Numbered from the stretch's first letter, positions 8,813 to 20,069 are shown. The stretch: DNA of 46,928 nucleotides from Chloroflexota bacterium (GCA_002718395.1 PBEG01000004.1:1-46928), one strand, 5' to 3'. The notes: generated by a model not told the origin, from the letters alone. Translations and numbers: made by a program.

Positions 8813-10033
8813 ATGAAAATAGAAGTAATTAAATTTGGTGGGTCTTCTGTTGCAGATGCAAATAAGATAAAACACGTTGCTAATATCATTAAAGAAAAAG
8901 CAAACAACAATGTAAAAGTAGTTGTAGTTGTCTCAGCAATGGGAGGCTCTACAGATAAACTAATTGCTTTGGCAAATGAAGTAAGTCAAGAACCCAACCC
9001 CCGTGAACTTGATGTTCTTTTATCTACTGGCGAAATTGTTACTTCAACCTTACTATCCATGCAGTTAAATACTATCTCAATACAATCAATAAGCCTTACT
9101 GGTATTCAAGCTGGCATAAGAACTGACGATGCTTATGGGCGTGCTAGAATATCAGAGATCAACACAGGAAGAATAATCAAAGAACTGAAAAATAAGGATG
9201 TGGTTGTTATTGCTGGTTTTCAAGGTTTTTCTGATGAGCAAGACGTAACAACTCTAGGACGAGGAGGAAGTGACACGACGGCCGTAGCACTAGCAGTAGC
9301 CCTAAAAGCTGATACTTGCGAAATATATACTGATGTTTCAGGTGTATATACGGCTGATCCACGATTATGTAACAAGGCGCGCCCATTGACACAAATAGGT
9401 TATGAAGAAATGTTAGAAATGGCAACGACTGGAGCCAAAGTAATTCATTCTAGGGCTGTGGAAGTAGCAGCAATTAATCACATGCCTTTAATAGTAAAAA
9501 ACACTTTCGAACTGTTACAGAAGGGTACTATAATACAGTCAGAGTCAAATATGGAAAATATAAATAAAGTCAGAGGCATAGCACACCAAAATCAGGTTGG
9601 AAAAATAACAATCAAAGGGGTTCCAGATAAACCTGGGATAGCCTCAAGTGTTTTCCAGCCTTTAGCCGAAGCTAATATCCCTGTTGATACAATAGTTCAA
9701 AATTCATCTACAGAAAACCTAACGGACCTCACTTTTACTGTAGCAAATGAAGATTTAAAAAAAGCAATAAAAGTCTCGGAAAAAACCGTCAAAACCATTG
9801 GTGCCGCTGATTTAAATTCCACAAATGAAGTTGGCTCAGTATCTATAATTGGCACCGGAATGACATCTAGTCCCGGTTATGCTGCTAGGATGTTCCAAAC
9901 CTTATTCACTAAAAAAGTCAATATAGAAATTATCTCAACTTCAGAGATTCGGATAACTTGCGTCGTACACAAAGACAGTGTTAAAACAGCCATAAATGCT
10001 CTTCATGATGCTTTTGAATTAGACGTCGAATAA
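8813..10033 (+). CDS. lysC: Aspartate kinase with C-terminal tandem ACT domains
   Basis: VIKFGGSSVAD, VVVVSAMGGSTD, GRGGSDTTA. The ACT region begins at about residue 250. Confidence 0.92.
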   Translation: MKIEVIKFGGSSVADANKIKHVANIIKEKANNNVKVVVVVSAMGGSTDKLIALANEVSQEPNPRELDVLLSTGEIVTSTLLSMQLNTISIQSISLTGIQAGIRTDDAYGRARISEINTGRIIKELKNKDVVVIAGFQGFSDEQDVTTLGRGGSDTTAVALAVALKADTCEIYTDVSGVYTADPRLCNKARPLTQIGYEEMLEMATTGAKVIHSRAVEVAAINHMPLIVKNTFELLQKGTIIQSESNMENINKVRGIAHQNQVGKITIKGVPDKPGIASSVFQPLAEANIPVDTIVQNSSTENLTDLTFTVANEDLKKAIKVSEKTVKTIGAADLNSTNEVGSVSIIGTGMTSSPGYAARMFQTLFTKKVNIEIISTSEIRITCVVHKDSVKTAINALHDAFELDVE

Positions 10034-10135
10034 ATAATAAAACGACTAGAAAATTAACGCTATTTGGTTTAACATTCTATTCCCAAGCAATTGCTATAGC
10101 GTATATACATTTGCACAATTAGTAGTAAGAATTTG

Positions 10136-13100
10136 ATGTTCGTTCATTTACACACTCATACCGAATACTCTTTGCTAGACGGCATGTCAAAAATTAAAGA
10201 CATTGTATCTGCAGCAAAATCACATAAGCAAACAGCCCTAGCAATAACCGATCATGGTGTCATGCACGGAGCTTTAGAATTCTATTTTGAGTGTCAAGCT
10301 CAAGGTATTAAGCCTATTATTGGCCTAGAAGCATATGTTGCCAAAACGAACCTTCGTAACAAAGATAACTCAGAACGCTCACCCTACCATCTAACAATAC
10401 TGGCAAAGAATAATATTGGTTATAAAAACTTACTAAAACTGTCTTCAATATCTCACCTTGAAGGTTTCTATTACCGGCCTAGAATTGATAGAGAGGTTTT
10501 AGAACAACACTGTGAAGGCCTAATAGTTCTTTCCGGTTGTCCCTCTGGTGAATTAATGACATATTTACAAAATGAACAAGAGCAAGATGCAATTGAAACA
10601 ATTAAATGGTATAAAAAAGTTTTTCAGGATAACTACTTTATTGAAATCCAAGAGCACGATCAACAACAATTTTCTAGATTGACACCAAAATTAATTGATC
10701 TGGCAAACACTCATAATATAAAAGTTGTTGCAACTAATGATTCTCATTACACCAACAACGAACAACACAAATTTCATGATCTTCTTTTATGTATTGGAAC
10801 AAATACAACAATCGACGACCCAAAAAGATTTAAACTTGATGGTGATTCCTTTTACTTGAAAACTTCAGAAGAAATGGAAAAATTATTTCAATATATACCA
10901 GAAGCCATAACTAATACGCAACTTATAGCAGATGAAATAGATATTAAATTAGAATTTAATCGAACTTTATTACCTCAGGGAGAGACACAAGAAGGACGTT
11001 CACCAACGGAACAATTAAAGCATCTTTGTCAGGAAGGATTTAAAAAAAGATATAAAGAAAGCAAAGCAACTCAAATAGAGCGATTAGATTATGAGTTAAA
11101 AATAATTGAGGAAACAGGTTTTGTTGAATATATCTTAATTGTCAATGATATTGCGCAATATGCTAAAAGTAAGAAAATCAGAATTGGTGTAAGAGGGTCA
11201 GCTGCTGCTTCAATGATTTTATATTGTCTTGGAGTTACCAACATTGAACCAACTCAATATAATCTTGTTTTTGAAAGATTTTTAAATCCTGAAAGAAAAG
11301 AAATGCCTGATGTTGATTTTGATTTTCCTGACGATAAAAGAGATGAAATAATTCAATATACTGCTGAAAAATATGGACATGATCGTGTTGCTCAAATAAT
11401 CACATTTGGTCGAATGGGAGCGAAAGCATCTATACGTGATGCCGGTCGTGCACTGGGCATGGAATATGACAACGTAGATAAAATTGCTAAACTCGTACCT
11501 GATGTTTTAAATATTTCTATTCAACAAGCATTAGATTCAGCACCTGAAATGAATGATTTGTACAAAAATGATGCCAGCGTGAAGGAATTACTTGACAATG
11601 CACTTGGTATAGAAGGCATAGCACGTCACGCTAGCACACATGCGGCTGGTATAGTTATTTCTGCTGAACCCTTAGAAAAAATAGTTCCTCTTCAACGGCC
11701 AACTTCAACAAAACAGTCCTCTTCTAGTCAAATTGTGCCTACAACACAATTTGCTATGGACGATATAGCAAAAATTGGCCTCTTAAAAATGGATTATCTG
11801 GGCCTAGCTAACCTTGCGGTCTTAGAAAAGGCCTTAAATTTTATTCATGAAACCCAAGGATTAGATTTAGATCTAGACAATTTAGAAGATGGAGATCCGA
11901 AAACTATTGAATTATTTTCTGAAGCTAAAACTTTTGGTATCTTCCAAATGGAGAGCAGTGGAATGAGATCTTATGTTAAAGATTTAAAACCTCAAAACAT
12001 AGTTGAAATTGCTGCAATGGTTGCACTCTATCGACCAGGACCCATGGAGCAAATACCAAATTATATTGATGTTAAACACCAACGATCAACTCCAAAATAT
12101 CTTCATAACGATCTTGCACCAATTTTAGACGAAACTTATGGGGTCATTACTTATCAAGATCAAGTTTTACAAATAGTACGAATATTTGCTGGTTACTCTC
12201 TAGGTCAAGCTGATGTTATGAGAAAAGCAATGGGTAAAAAAATTCCTAAAGTTATGGCTGCTGAAAAAGAAAGATTTATCTCTGGTGCTCTTGATAGGGG
12301 TTATGATGAAAAAATAGCAGAAGAAATTTTTAATTTAATAGAACCGTTTGCCGGTTATGCTTTTAACAAAGCTCACGCCTTTTCTTATGCAACAATTGCT
12401 TATCAAACTGCTTATTTAAAAGCTCATTATCCTGTCGAATTTATGGCTGCTGTTTTATGTACTTCAGGAAACAGCATAGGCAATAATCAAGATAAAATAT
12501 CTCCAACCCTTGCAGAATGTAGAAAACTTGGCATAGACATTCTGCCTCCTGACATTAACAAATCTATAAGTAATTTTTCTATTGAAAAGGACGTCGATGC
12601 TGTTAGTAATATTAGATTTGGTTTAAGCAGGATAAAAAATGTTGGTTCAGCTACTGCTGAACAAATTATTCAAGAAAGAGAATCCAATAAAAATTATATT
12701 TCTTTAGAGGATTTCTCTAGGCGATCTCCAACAAAAGTAATAAATAAACGAGTAATAGAAGCTCTGTCTAAGTGTGGTGCCTTTGATTGTTTAGCGGACC
12801 GCAATGACGTTATAGACAGCACTGAAGAGATAATCAGCCTCAACCACATGGAGAGGAAACTTAAAGATACTGGACAAAAATCTATGTTTGACCTTTTTGG
12901 AGATGAACAAATAATGCCGTTACCAAAACTAGAACTAAAACATAGTAATTATACTAAAGATCAATTTGGTGCATGGGAGAAAGATTTAACTGGATTCTAC
13001 TTTACTGAACACCCTTTCTTAAAAGCTTCTGAAAATATCAGAGATTTTCTTTCTGTTGACATAGCAAATATTAATGAGAGTTTATCAAATTCAAATCAAA

Positions 13101-13744
13101 GAGTTGCTGGTGTATTAAAAAAGGTTGATTTCAGAACAACTAAATATAATAAAAGATTTGCTATATTTGAGCTTGAAGACTTATCAGAAAGCAAAGAGTT
13201 TGTTATGTGGCCAGAAAAATTACAAAATTTTGAACCTCTTTTAGTTCCCGGCAATGTATTATTGATTGATGTTCTGGTTCAAAATAGAAACAGAGGACTA
13301 TCGTTACAAGCTAATGCAGTTTATGCCTATGATCGTGATTCTCAAAAAATTATTGGCTTAGATGAAAAAGATTTAAAAAAAATTCAACCAGTAAAAATTG
13401 ACAATAACACTAATAGACAATTAAAAAATAATAAGATTCAGAGTTTAAATAATTTGGACAACAAATCCCTAAAAAATGAAGGATTAAACATTTATATTGA
13501 CGAAACCAATGATATTCAATCAGATAAAAGGCGTCTTTCTAGAATTTTTAATTTAATTGAGAATGTATCTGGTAACACTCCTGTATACTTACACATAAAC
13601 AGTATTCATGGTCAAAAACAATCTTTATTTCTTCGTAACGTTTCTGTCAATGAACACTTAATTCGCGATATCAAAATTCTTTTAGGTGTTTTAGGTGAAA
13701 TTATTTATGAAAAAGATAGTGCTTCATCAGTATCCGCCGTTTAA
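10136..13744 (+). CDS. dnaE: DNA polymerase III alpha subunit
   Basis: PHP domain MFVHLHTHTEYSLLDG; polymerase core (GVRGSAAAS, PDVDFDF, FNKAHAFSYA); OB fold and C-terminal tail. ATG at 10136 is preferred over the track's TTG at 10133. Confidence 0.95.
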   Translation: MFVHLHTHTEYSLLDGMSKIKDIVSAAKSHKQTALAITDHGVMHGALEFYFECQAQGIKPIIGLEAYVAKTNLRNKDNSERSPYHLTILAKNNIGYKNLLKLSSISHLEGFYYRPRIDREVLEQHCEGLIVLSGCPSGELMTYLQNEQEQDAIETIKWYKKVFQDNYFIEIQEHDQQQFSRLTPKLIDLANTHNIKVVATNDSHYTNNEQHKFHDLLLCIGTNTTIDDPKRFKLDGDSFYLKTSEEMEKLFQYIPEAITNTQLIADEIDIKLEFNRTLLPQGETQEGRSPTEQLKHLCQEGFKKRYKESKATQIERLDYELKIIEETGFVEYILIVNDIAQYAKSKKIRIGVRGSAAASMILYCLGVTNIEPTQYNLVFERFLNPERKEMPDVDFDFPDDKRDEIIQYTAEKYGHDRVAQIITFGRMGAKASIRDAGRALGMEYDNVDKIAKLVPDVLNISIQQALDSAPEMNDLYKNDASVKELLDNALGIEGIARHASTHAAGIVISAEPLEKIVPLQRPTSTKQSSSSQIVPTTQFAMDDIAKIGLLKMDYLGLANLAVLEKALNFIHETQGLDLDLDNLEDGDPKTIELFSEAKTFGIFQMESSGMRSYVKDLKPQNIVEIAAMVALYRPGPMEQIPNYIDVKHQRSTPKYLHNDLAPILDETYGVITYQDQVLQIVRIFAGYSLGQADVMRKAMGKKIPKVMAAEKERFISGALDRGYDEKIAEEIFNLIEPFAGYAFNKAHAFSYATIAYQTAYLKAHYPVEFMAAVLCTSGNSIGNNQDKISPTLAECRKLGIDILPPDINKSISNFSIEKDVDAVSNIRFGLSRIKNVGSATAEQIIQERESNKNYISLEDFSRRSPTKVINKRVIEALSKCGAFDCLADRNDVIDSTEEIISLNHMERKLKDTGQKSMFDLFGDEQIMPLPKLELKHSNYTKDQFGAWEKDLTGFYFTEHPFLKASENIRDFLSVDIANINESLSNSNQRVAGVLKKVDFRTTKYNKRFAIFELEDLSESKEFVMWPEKLQNFEPLLVPGNVLLIDVLVQNRNRGLSLQANAVYAYDRDSQKIIGLDEKDLKKIQPVKIDNNTNRQLKNNKIQSLNNLDNKSLKNEGLNIYIDETNDIQSDKRRLSRIFNLIENVSGNTPVYLHINSIHGQKQSLFLRNVSVNEHLIRDIKILLGVLGEIIYEKDSASSVSAV

Positions 13745-13781
13745 ACTAATAAAATTATAAAAGTTTTTAGAGTAAGTATAG

Positions 13782-14816
13782 ATGAAAAAATTTATTCTAT
13801 TTTTTTTATTGTTTTTATTAACTATTTTATTGCTGTTTGAAATTTTTGATGGGACCTTATCTGATAATTTTGCTAAACCATCTAAAAATATTATTACTCA
13901 AACATCTATTAGTTCTGATGTTTCCCCTAAATCTTCCTCTGTAAATAAAAAAAATCAAAGTAGCCAATCTTCTTTAGATACAAAAGAAATCCCTACAAAA
14001 GCAATCAATATTAATAATAATGTTTATGTATCTATATTTCCTGAAATATTAAATAATGGAGAATTTTTTAAGATAACCCTTAGTTCTAATGTGAACCCTT
14101 TATCTTCTATAAAGTTTCTTCAAAAAACTTATCCAATTTTCAAAGGTGCCAATGGTGTTTTTTCAAGCATCATTCCTGTTCCTCTCGACACCAAAGAAGG
14201 ATTATATAAAATAACCGTTGATTACTTAGAAAAACAAAACATAATTTATGAAAACATTAATGAGATTAAAATATTAAATAAGGACAGAGGTTTTGACTAT
14301 ATTACTTTGTCACAAGAAATAACTAAATCTGCTTTTTCTGAAGAATCAATACACGAAGATGCAGAGATTCGCGCGGAAACTTCGGCGTTGTTTAGTGTTG
14401 GTAATTATTGGAATGGCGCATTTTTAATGCCTTGTGATGGTGAAATATCCACAATTTTTGGTGTTGGGCGTTCTTACAACAACCAGCCTGTTTCTTCATA
14501 TCATCTTGGTTTAGACATAGCTGCAGATATGCACACTAAAATTAATGCTCCTGCTAAAGGTATAATTAAATTGGTCGTTGAATCTCCTTTAAGAGGATTA
14601 ATGGTTTACATTGACCATGGTCTTGGTGTCCAGTCTAGTTTGGCTCATCTAGATTCTGCTTTTATTAAGGCTGGTGATGTTGTTACAAAAGAAACATTGA
14701 TCGGCACAGTAGGTTCTTCCGGTGCTTCTACTGGCCCACATCTTCATTGGGAAGTTTCTGTTTGGGATACTTTAACCGATCCTTTTGTTTGGACAACTAC
14801 ATCTTTATTTGATTAA
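13782..14816 (+). CDS. Secreted/membrane-anchored M23 family metallopeptidase
   Basis: N-terminal hydrophobic anchor. C-terminal HLGLDIAA...YIDHG...GSSGASTGPHLHWEV (M23 HxxxD and HxH motifs). Confidence 0.85.
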   Translation: MKKFILFFLLFLLTILLLFEIFDGTLSDNFAKPSKNIITQTSISSDVSPKSSSVNKKNQSSQSSLDTKEIPTKAININNNVYVSIFPEILNNGEFFKITLSSNVNPLSSIKFLQKTYPIFKGANGVFSSIIPVPLDTKEGLYKITVDYLEKQNIIYENINEIKILNKDRGFDYITLSQEITKSAFSEESIHEDAEIRAETSALFSVGNYWNGAFLMPCDGEISTIFGVGRSYNNQPVSSYHLGLDIAADMHTKINAPAKGIIKLVVESPLRGLMVYIDHGLGVQSSLAHLDSAFIKAGDVVTKETLIGTVGSSGASTGPHLHWEVSVWDTLTDPFVWTTTSLFD

Positions 14817-15528
14817 TTTGATTTATATGTTCTCTCCATATTCCTAAAGAATATATACCAACAACACTGGCTGTCTCTACTCTAAGTATTTGTGAGCCAA
14901 GCGTCACATTAATGGCACCTAACCCTTCGATCTGTCTAATCTCTTGTTCGGTCCAATCTCCTTCTGGTCCAACAAAATAAGTAATTTCATCTACATCTTT
15001 TTTTGGTTGTAACTCTTCTAATTTCTGTTTTATGTGCTCTTTCGCATTAATAACTGCTGCAATTTTGATCCCGTTTATTTGTTCAATTTTTCTCCGTTCA
15101 ATAATAGGTACAGTAACTCTGCCAGATTGTTCTGCAGCTTGTATAGCAATTTGTTTCCATTTATTGATTCTTCCGATCCCAGCATCCATAACTGATCTCT
15201 TTGTCTCTAGGATAAAAATAGAATCTACGCCTAATTCAGTAACTTTTTCAATAATCCAATCTCCTCGTTTCCCTTTTGGAAATGCTGCGGCCAAATTAAT
15301 TTTATATTTTGGTGTGTTTACTTTTCTTTGTTTTAAAATATTTAAGAATATTGTGCTGTCAGTTATTTGTTCAATTTCTGTTATATATTCTTTTGAATAC
15401 TGATCAAAAATTTCTAATTTGTCACCTTTTTGTAATCTAAGTACGTTTTTAATTTTGTGTATTTGTGGTTTTTCTTCAATAATTGCTGAGCCATTCTTAA
15501 AAAAATTGACTACAAAAAATCTATTCAA
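14797..15528 (-). CDS. rsmE: 16S rRNA (uracil1498-N3)-methyltransferase
   Basis: MNRFFV start and GPEGDWTEQE motif. Last gene after dnaJ, as in Firmicute-type dnaK operons. The 3' end overlaps the convergent M23 gene by 20 nt. Confidence 0.85.
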   Translation of the reverse strand: MNRFFVVNFFKNGSAIIEEKPQIHKIKNVLRLQKGDKLEIFDQYSKEYITEIEQITDSTIFLNILKQRKVNTPKYKINLAAAFPKGKRGDWIIEKVTELGVDSIFILETKRSVMDAGIGRINKWKQIAIQAAEQSGRVTVPIIERRKIEQINGIKIAAVINAKEHIKQKLEELQPKKDVDEITYFVGPEGDWTEQEIRQIEGLGAINVTLGSQILRVETASVVGIYSLGIWREHINQINQIKM

Positions 15529-16642
15529 AATCTACACCAAATTTATTTAACACTGAAAGCTCGTCGGGTATTTTTTTTGAATCAACAGTTAGGGTTCCAC
15601 CTAACTCTTGAATTAGCTTCTTTTGTTCGTTTGTAATTTTTTTAGGAATAATAATGTTTGCAACTACAATTAATTCACCAAGTGTATTAGTGTTTAGTCT
15701 CGGCATACCTTTTTTCTTAATTCTAAACAATTGTCCATGTTGAATCCCAGGCTTAAATTTCATTTTATGCTTTTTTTCTTCATTAATTAACGGTATGCCT
15801 TTTTCAAAGCCAATAATTGCATCAGGAACACTAATAGCCATTTCATATATGAGATTATCTTCAATTCTCTTAAAGATATCGTGCTCAATAACAGTTATAT
15901 GAATATATAGATCACCTGGTACACCCCCTCTTATTCCAGAATTACCTTGGTTAGATATTCTAATTTTCTGTCCAGATCTTATACCTTTTGGTATGTCTAT
16001 GTCTTTTGTTGACTCTTCTAGTTTAATTCCAAAACCACTGCAATCTTCACAAGGATCAGTTACTACTTTTCCTTGACCTGTACACATACTGCAACTCATA
16101 ACATTCACAAATTGGCCGAATAATTGCCTTTCCACTCTCCTAATTTCTCCGGTACCATTGCATTCATTGCATTCACCAAGCTGAGCACCGTTTTTTTGTC
16201 CGGTATTCTTGCATTTGGAACATGCAATATTATGTTCAAAATGTATTGTTTTATTAGCGCCTTCATGTACTTCTTCTAAAGAAACTTGAAGTTCAACAGC
16301 TATATCTGTCCCGCGTAAATTAGTTTGTTTTTGTGAAGATGCGGTTCCCTGGAAAAAAGCATCAAATATGTCGCCAAGCCCGCCAAAATTACTGAAATCT
16401 GAATAATTTGCTCCTTCGTTTGCTATGCCTTCCATCCCAAAAGAATCATAACGTGCTTTTTTTTCTGGATCAGAAAGTACATTATAAGCAAATGATACTT
16501 CTTTGAATTTTTCTTCTGCGTCATCTTCTTTATTTTTGTCAGGATGGTATTGCATGGCTAGTCGACGAAAAGACTTTTTAATGTCTTCTGGTGAAGCATC
16601 TCTAGTTAAATCTAAAATAGAATAAAGCTCTTTATTAGTCAT
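15521..16642 (-). CDS. dnaJ: Molecular chaperone DnaJ (type I)
   Basis: J domain with HPD (YHPDKN), a G/F region, and four CxxCxG repeats (CSKCKNTG, CNECNGTG, CSMCTGQG, CEDCSGFG). Confidence 0.96.
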   Translation of the reverse strand: MTNKELYSILDLTRDASPEDIKKSFRRLAMQYHPDKNKEDDAEEKFKEVSFAYNVLSDPEKKARYDSFGMEGIANEGANYSDFSNFGGLGDIFDAFFQGTASSQKQTNLRGTDIAVELQVSLEEVHEGANKTIHFEHNIACSKCKNTGQKNGAQLGECNECNGTGEIRRVERQLFGQFVNVMSCSMCTGQGKVVTDPCEDCSGFGIKLEESTKDIDIPKGIRSGQKIRISNQGNSGIRGGVPGDLYIHITVIEHDIFKRIEDNLIYEMAISVPDAIIGFEKGIPLINEEKKHKMKFKPGIQHGQLFRIKKKGMPRLNTNTLGELIVVANIIIPKKITNEQKKLIQELGGTLTVDSKKIPDELSVLNKFGVDFE

Positions 16643-16652
16643 CTATCCTTAA

Positions 16653-18545
16653 CTATACCTCTCTAAATTCTCCGTCAACCGCTTCTGGTTCCTCTGACTC
16701 TTGATCTTGATCATCGGTTTCTTGTTGTTCTCCTTCAGCTTCTTGTTGTGAATAAACAGCCTGACCAAGATCTTGAATGTCTGTCATAAATTTTTCTAAG
16801 CTATTTTTTATGTTTTCGATATCTTCGCCCTCCAAAACATTTTTTAAATCTGTAATAGACGCTTCAATTTTTGATTTAAGATCGTCTTCAATTTTATCTT
16901 TATTTTCGCTTAGTGTTTTTTCTGTCTGATAAATAGCAGTCTCTGCCTGGTTTCTTACCTCTACAGATTCTTTTCTTTTTTCATCATCACCGGCAAATTT
17001 CTCTGCTTCTTCTCTCATTTTTTGCACTTCATCATCAGACAAACCTGATGCGGCTTGTACTGTAACGTTTTGTTCTTTTCCTGTTCCTTTATCTTTTGCA
17101 GACACCTTTAAAATTCCATTTGCGTCAATATTAAATTCAACTTCAATTTGAGGAACGCCTCTTGGTGCTGGCAATATTCCATCAAGGATAAATCGCGCCA
17201 ATGATTTGTTGTCGCTTGCCATCGATCTTTCACCTTGCAAAACATGAATCTCAACGGACGGTTGATTGTCAGCTGCTGTAGAAAAAACTTGACTTGCAGA
17301 AGTAGGTATAGTTGTATTTCTTTCAATAAGGGCAGTTGAAACACCTCCTAGTGTTTCTATACCCAAAGATAAAGGTGTTACATCTAATAACAATACATCT
17401 TTTACGTCTCCTTTTAATACTCCAGCCTGAATAGCTGCTCCTGCTGCAACAACTTCATCTGGATTAACGCCCCTGTTTGGTTCTTTATTAAAGTGCTCAG
17501 AAACCTTTGCTTGTACGAGGGGCATTCTAGTCATACCCCCTACTAATACAATTTCGTTAATCTCCTCTATTGCAAGACCAGAGTCTTCTATTGCTTTTTT
17601 CATAGGATCTAAAGTTCTCTCAACCAAACCTGAAACCAATTGTTCAAATTTTGATCTTGTAACATTAATTACTAGATGTTTCGGCCCAGATGAATCTGCT
17701 GTAATAAAAGGCAGGTTGACTTCAGTTTGTTGCGCAGAAGACAATTCTATTTTTGCTTTTTCTGCGCCTTCTTTTAATCTCTGAAGAGCCATTCTGTCCT
17801 CTGAAAGATCGATGCCCTGTTCTTTTTTAAATTCATCAACTAAATAATCAATAAGAGTGTTGTCAAAATCATCTCCACCTAAAAACGTATCTCCATTAGT
17901 TGCTTTAACTTGAAAAGTACCATCTCCTATTTCTAAAACGGATACATCAAAAGTACCGCCACCTAAATCATAAACAACAATATTTTGATCTTCCTTTTTA
18001 TCTAAGCCATATGCCAATGATGCAGCAGTTGGTTCGTTGATAATTCTCAAAACTTCAAGACCTGCAATTTGACCAGCATCTTTTGTAGCTTGTCTTTGTG
18101 CATCATTAAAATATGCTGGCACCGTTATAACAGCATCAGTAACTTCGCCATTTAAATATGCTTCTGCATCTGCTTTGAGTTTTTGCAAAATCATTGCACT
18201 AACTTCAGGTGGAGAAAAATCCTTATCTCCCATTTTTATAGCTGCATCACCATTCTTTCTCGCTAAAATTTCAAACGGTGCAATCTTAGCAAAATCTTTA
18301 ATATGAATATCATCAAATTTTCTTCCCATTAATCGTTTAATAGAAAAAATAGTTCCTTCTGGATTGGTTACTGCTTGTCTTTTTGCTAAAGTTCCTACTA
18401 GCCTTTCACCGTCTTTACCTAAAGCAACCATAGAAGGTGTTGTGCGAGTACCTTCTGTGCTATTTATAATATGTGGCTCTCCACCCTCCATAACTGCAAC
18501 TACAGAGTTTGTTGTACCAAGATCAATACCTATTACATATCCCAT
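16653..18545 (-). CDS. dnaK: Molecular chaperone DnaK (Hsp70)
   Basis: [33 protein letters not shown] and an acidic C-terminus. AGGAGG lies upstream. Confidence 0.98.
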   Translation of the reverse strand: MGYVIGIDLGTTNSVVAVMEGGEPHIINSTEGTRTTPSMVALGKDGERLVGTLAKRQAVTNPEGTIFSIKRLMGRKFDDIHIKDFAKIAPFEILARKNGDAAIKMGDKDFSPPEVSAMILQKLKADAEAYLNGEVTDAVITVPAYFNDAQRQATKDAGQIAGLEVLRIINEPTAASLAYGLDKKEDQNIVVYDLGGGTFDVSVLEIGDGTFQVKATNGDTFLGGDDFDNTLIDYLVDEFKKEQGIDLSEDRMALQRLKEGAEKAKIELSSAQQTEVNLPFITADSSGPKHLVINVTRSKFEQLVSGLVERTLDPMKKAIEDSGLAIEEINEIVLVGGMTRMPLVQAKVSEHFNKEPNRGVNPDEVVAAGAAIQAGVLKGDVKDVLLLDVTPLSLGIETLGGVSTALIERNTTIPTSASQVFSTAADNQPSVEIHVLQGERSMASDNKSLARFILDGILPAPRGVPQIEVEFNIDANGILKVSAKDKGTGKEQNVTVQAASGLSDDEVQKMREEAEKFAGDDEKRKESVEVRNQAETAIYQTEKTLSENKDKIEDDLKSKIEASITDLKNVLEGEDIENIKNSLEKFMTDIQDLGQAVYSQQEAEGEQQETDDQDQESEEPEAVDGEFREV

Positions 18546-18559
18546 TTTTTCCTCCTAAT

Positions 18560-19075
18560 TTATTTATTCTTTTTTTGACCAATAATTACTTTTGCTGGTC
18601 TTATAATTAAGTCATCCATGCAAAAACCTTTTTGTATAACTTCTAAAATTTTATTTTCCTTACCATCTATTCTCCCAACTGCTTCATGAAGGCTCGGATC
18701 AAAATCAATTTTTGTATCAATTTCAACAATCCCTTCTTCTTCTAAAATATTTAGAAATTTTTCTTTAATTAATTGAATGCCTTCTAACCATTTTTCTTGT
18801 TTCACGTTTATTTCTTCTCCGTTTTGCATGTCATTATTAGAAGATATTGCTCGTTCTATGTCATCAAGAACAGGCAAAACGCTGCTGATTACATCACTGG
18901 TTATTCTTCTTTGTCTTTCTTTTCTTTCTTCATCAACTCTTCTTTTTAAATTTTGATAGTCAGCAATTGCACGCATTTTTTGATTGGTGCAATCCTCTAG
19001 TTCTTGATTAAGAGCCTCTATTTCATCATTAGAGACATCATCAATATTTTTTTCTTCGTTGTCCTCAATTATCAC
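18560..19075 (-). CDS. grpE: Nucleotide exchange factor GrpE (start revised to the GTG at 19075)
   Basis: GrpE core (ADYQNLKRRVDEE...GFCMDDLIIRPAKV). GGAGG (19084-19080) lies 4 nt upstream of GTG 19075-19073. The track ATG at 19117 would overlap hrcA by 26 nt and has no SD. Confidence 0.85.
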   Translation of the reverse strand: MIIEDNEEKNIDDVSNDEIEALNQELEDCTNQKMRAIADYQNLKRRVDEERKERQRRITSDVISSVLPVLDDIERAISSNNDMQNGEEINVKQEKWLEGIQLIKEKFLNILEEEGIVEIDTKIDFDPSLHEAVGRIDGKENKILEVIQKGFCMDDLIIRPAKVIIGQKKNK

Positions 19076-19091
19076 ATTTCCTCCAATTTTA

Positions 19092-20069
19092 TTAATATGA
19101 AAGTAGTTCTGATACATATCTAACCAAGGGAATAACCTTGCCGTATCGCATCCTTTTGGGCCCTATAACCATAATGTTTCCTGTGGTTACTCCGCGAAGG
19201 GAATAATTTGCTGAAACAATACTAAGATTATCAAAACTTCTTATAGGTATCTCGTCTCCGATAGACACGCTAACAATTTGCTCTGATAAATTATCTTCAA
19301 TTAAAACAGAATTATATTTTATATAATCAAGATTCTCATATATTGAAAGCATCGCTTCTTTTGTTGAAAATTCTGGTTGAGCAATAAGACTAGGTAGGCC
19401 CTCAAGAAATATTTCTTGGTTTATTGCTGCTGTCTCTCCTTCAATAATTGATTTTATAGAACTAACTAAATAATCATGTTCAATTTCTTTTATAGCTTCT
19501 TTGTCTTTAAAAATCTTATTTATTTGATTATTTAAAAAATCTATGTCTGGAGCATTTTTAATTAAATTAGATCTATTTTTATCAACCAATCTCTTTTCAA
19601 CTATGCCATCATTAAATACCACCAAAACTAACAATCTTTCAGGCAAAACATCAAAAAGCTTTATATCATTTAATTTAGCTCTTTCTTGTTTTTTTGTAAT
19701 CAAAACAACATTGCCAATAACTGATGAAAGAGTTGATGCAGTGATTGCTAAGCGGCTATCGATGTTTCCTTGAACTTGAAACATTTGATGCTCAATGGTA
19801 AGACGTTCTTTAAATGAAAGGGCTTCTTCGTTCATTATTGCTTTTACGTAATGCCTGTATCCTAAATCACAAGGAACTCTTCCAGAAGAGGTGTGCATAT
19901 GAGTAATATACCCTTCATGCTCTAAGGTTGCTAAATCATTTCTGATTGTTGCAGATGAAACAGATAGTTCGCTTGATTTGGAAAGCGTATTTGAGCTAAC
20001 AGGTGCTGCTGTGCTAATATAATTCTCGATAACCATGCCTAGTAAGGTGTTTCTTCTTTGAGTTAGCAA
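19092..20069 (-). CDS. hrcA: Heat-inducible transcription repressor HrcA (start revised to the TTG at 20069; the maximal ORF reaches ATG 20099)
   Basis: LTQRRNTLLGMVIENYISTAAPVSSNTLSK...SSATIRNDLATLEHEGYI..HTSSGRVP aligns with B. subtilis HrcA (MLTNRQ...). ATG 20099 is only 3 nt from the CIRCE hairpin and has no SD. TTG 20069 has GGGG 6 nt upstream. Confidence 0.85.
   Translation of the reverse strand: MLTQRRNTLLGMVIENYISTAAPVSSNTLSKSSELSVSSATIRNDLATLEHEGYITHMHTSSGRVPCDLGYRHYVKAIMNEEALSFKERLTIEHQMFQVQGNIDSRLAITASTLSSVIGNVVLITKKQERAKLNDIKLFDVLPERLLVLVVFNDGIVEKRLVDKNRSNLIKNAPDIDFLNNQINKIFKDKEAIKEIEHDYLVSSIKSIIEGETAAINQEIFLEGLPSLIAQPEFSTKEAMLSIYENLDYIKYNSVLIEDNLSEQIVSVSIGDEIPIRSFDNLSIVSANYSLRGVTTGNIMVIGPKRMRYGKVIPLVRYVSELLSY

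Noticed and set aside
10057-10102. Inverted repeat acgctat / atagcgt, with an internal palindrome gcaattgc, in the lysC-dnaE spacer
   Set aside because: A 7-bp stem with a 32-nt loop, no U-tract, and no known operator match. It is noted only as a possible regulatory site.
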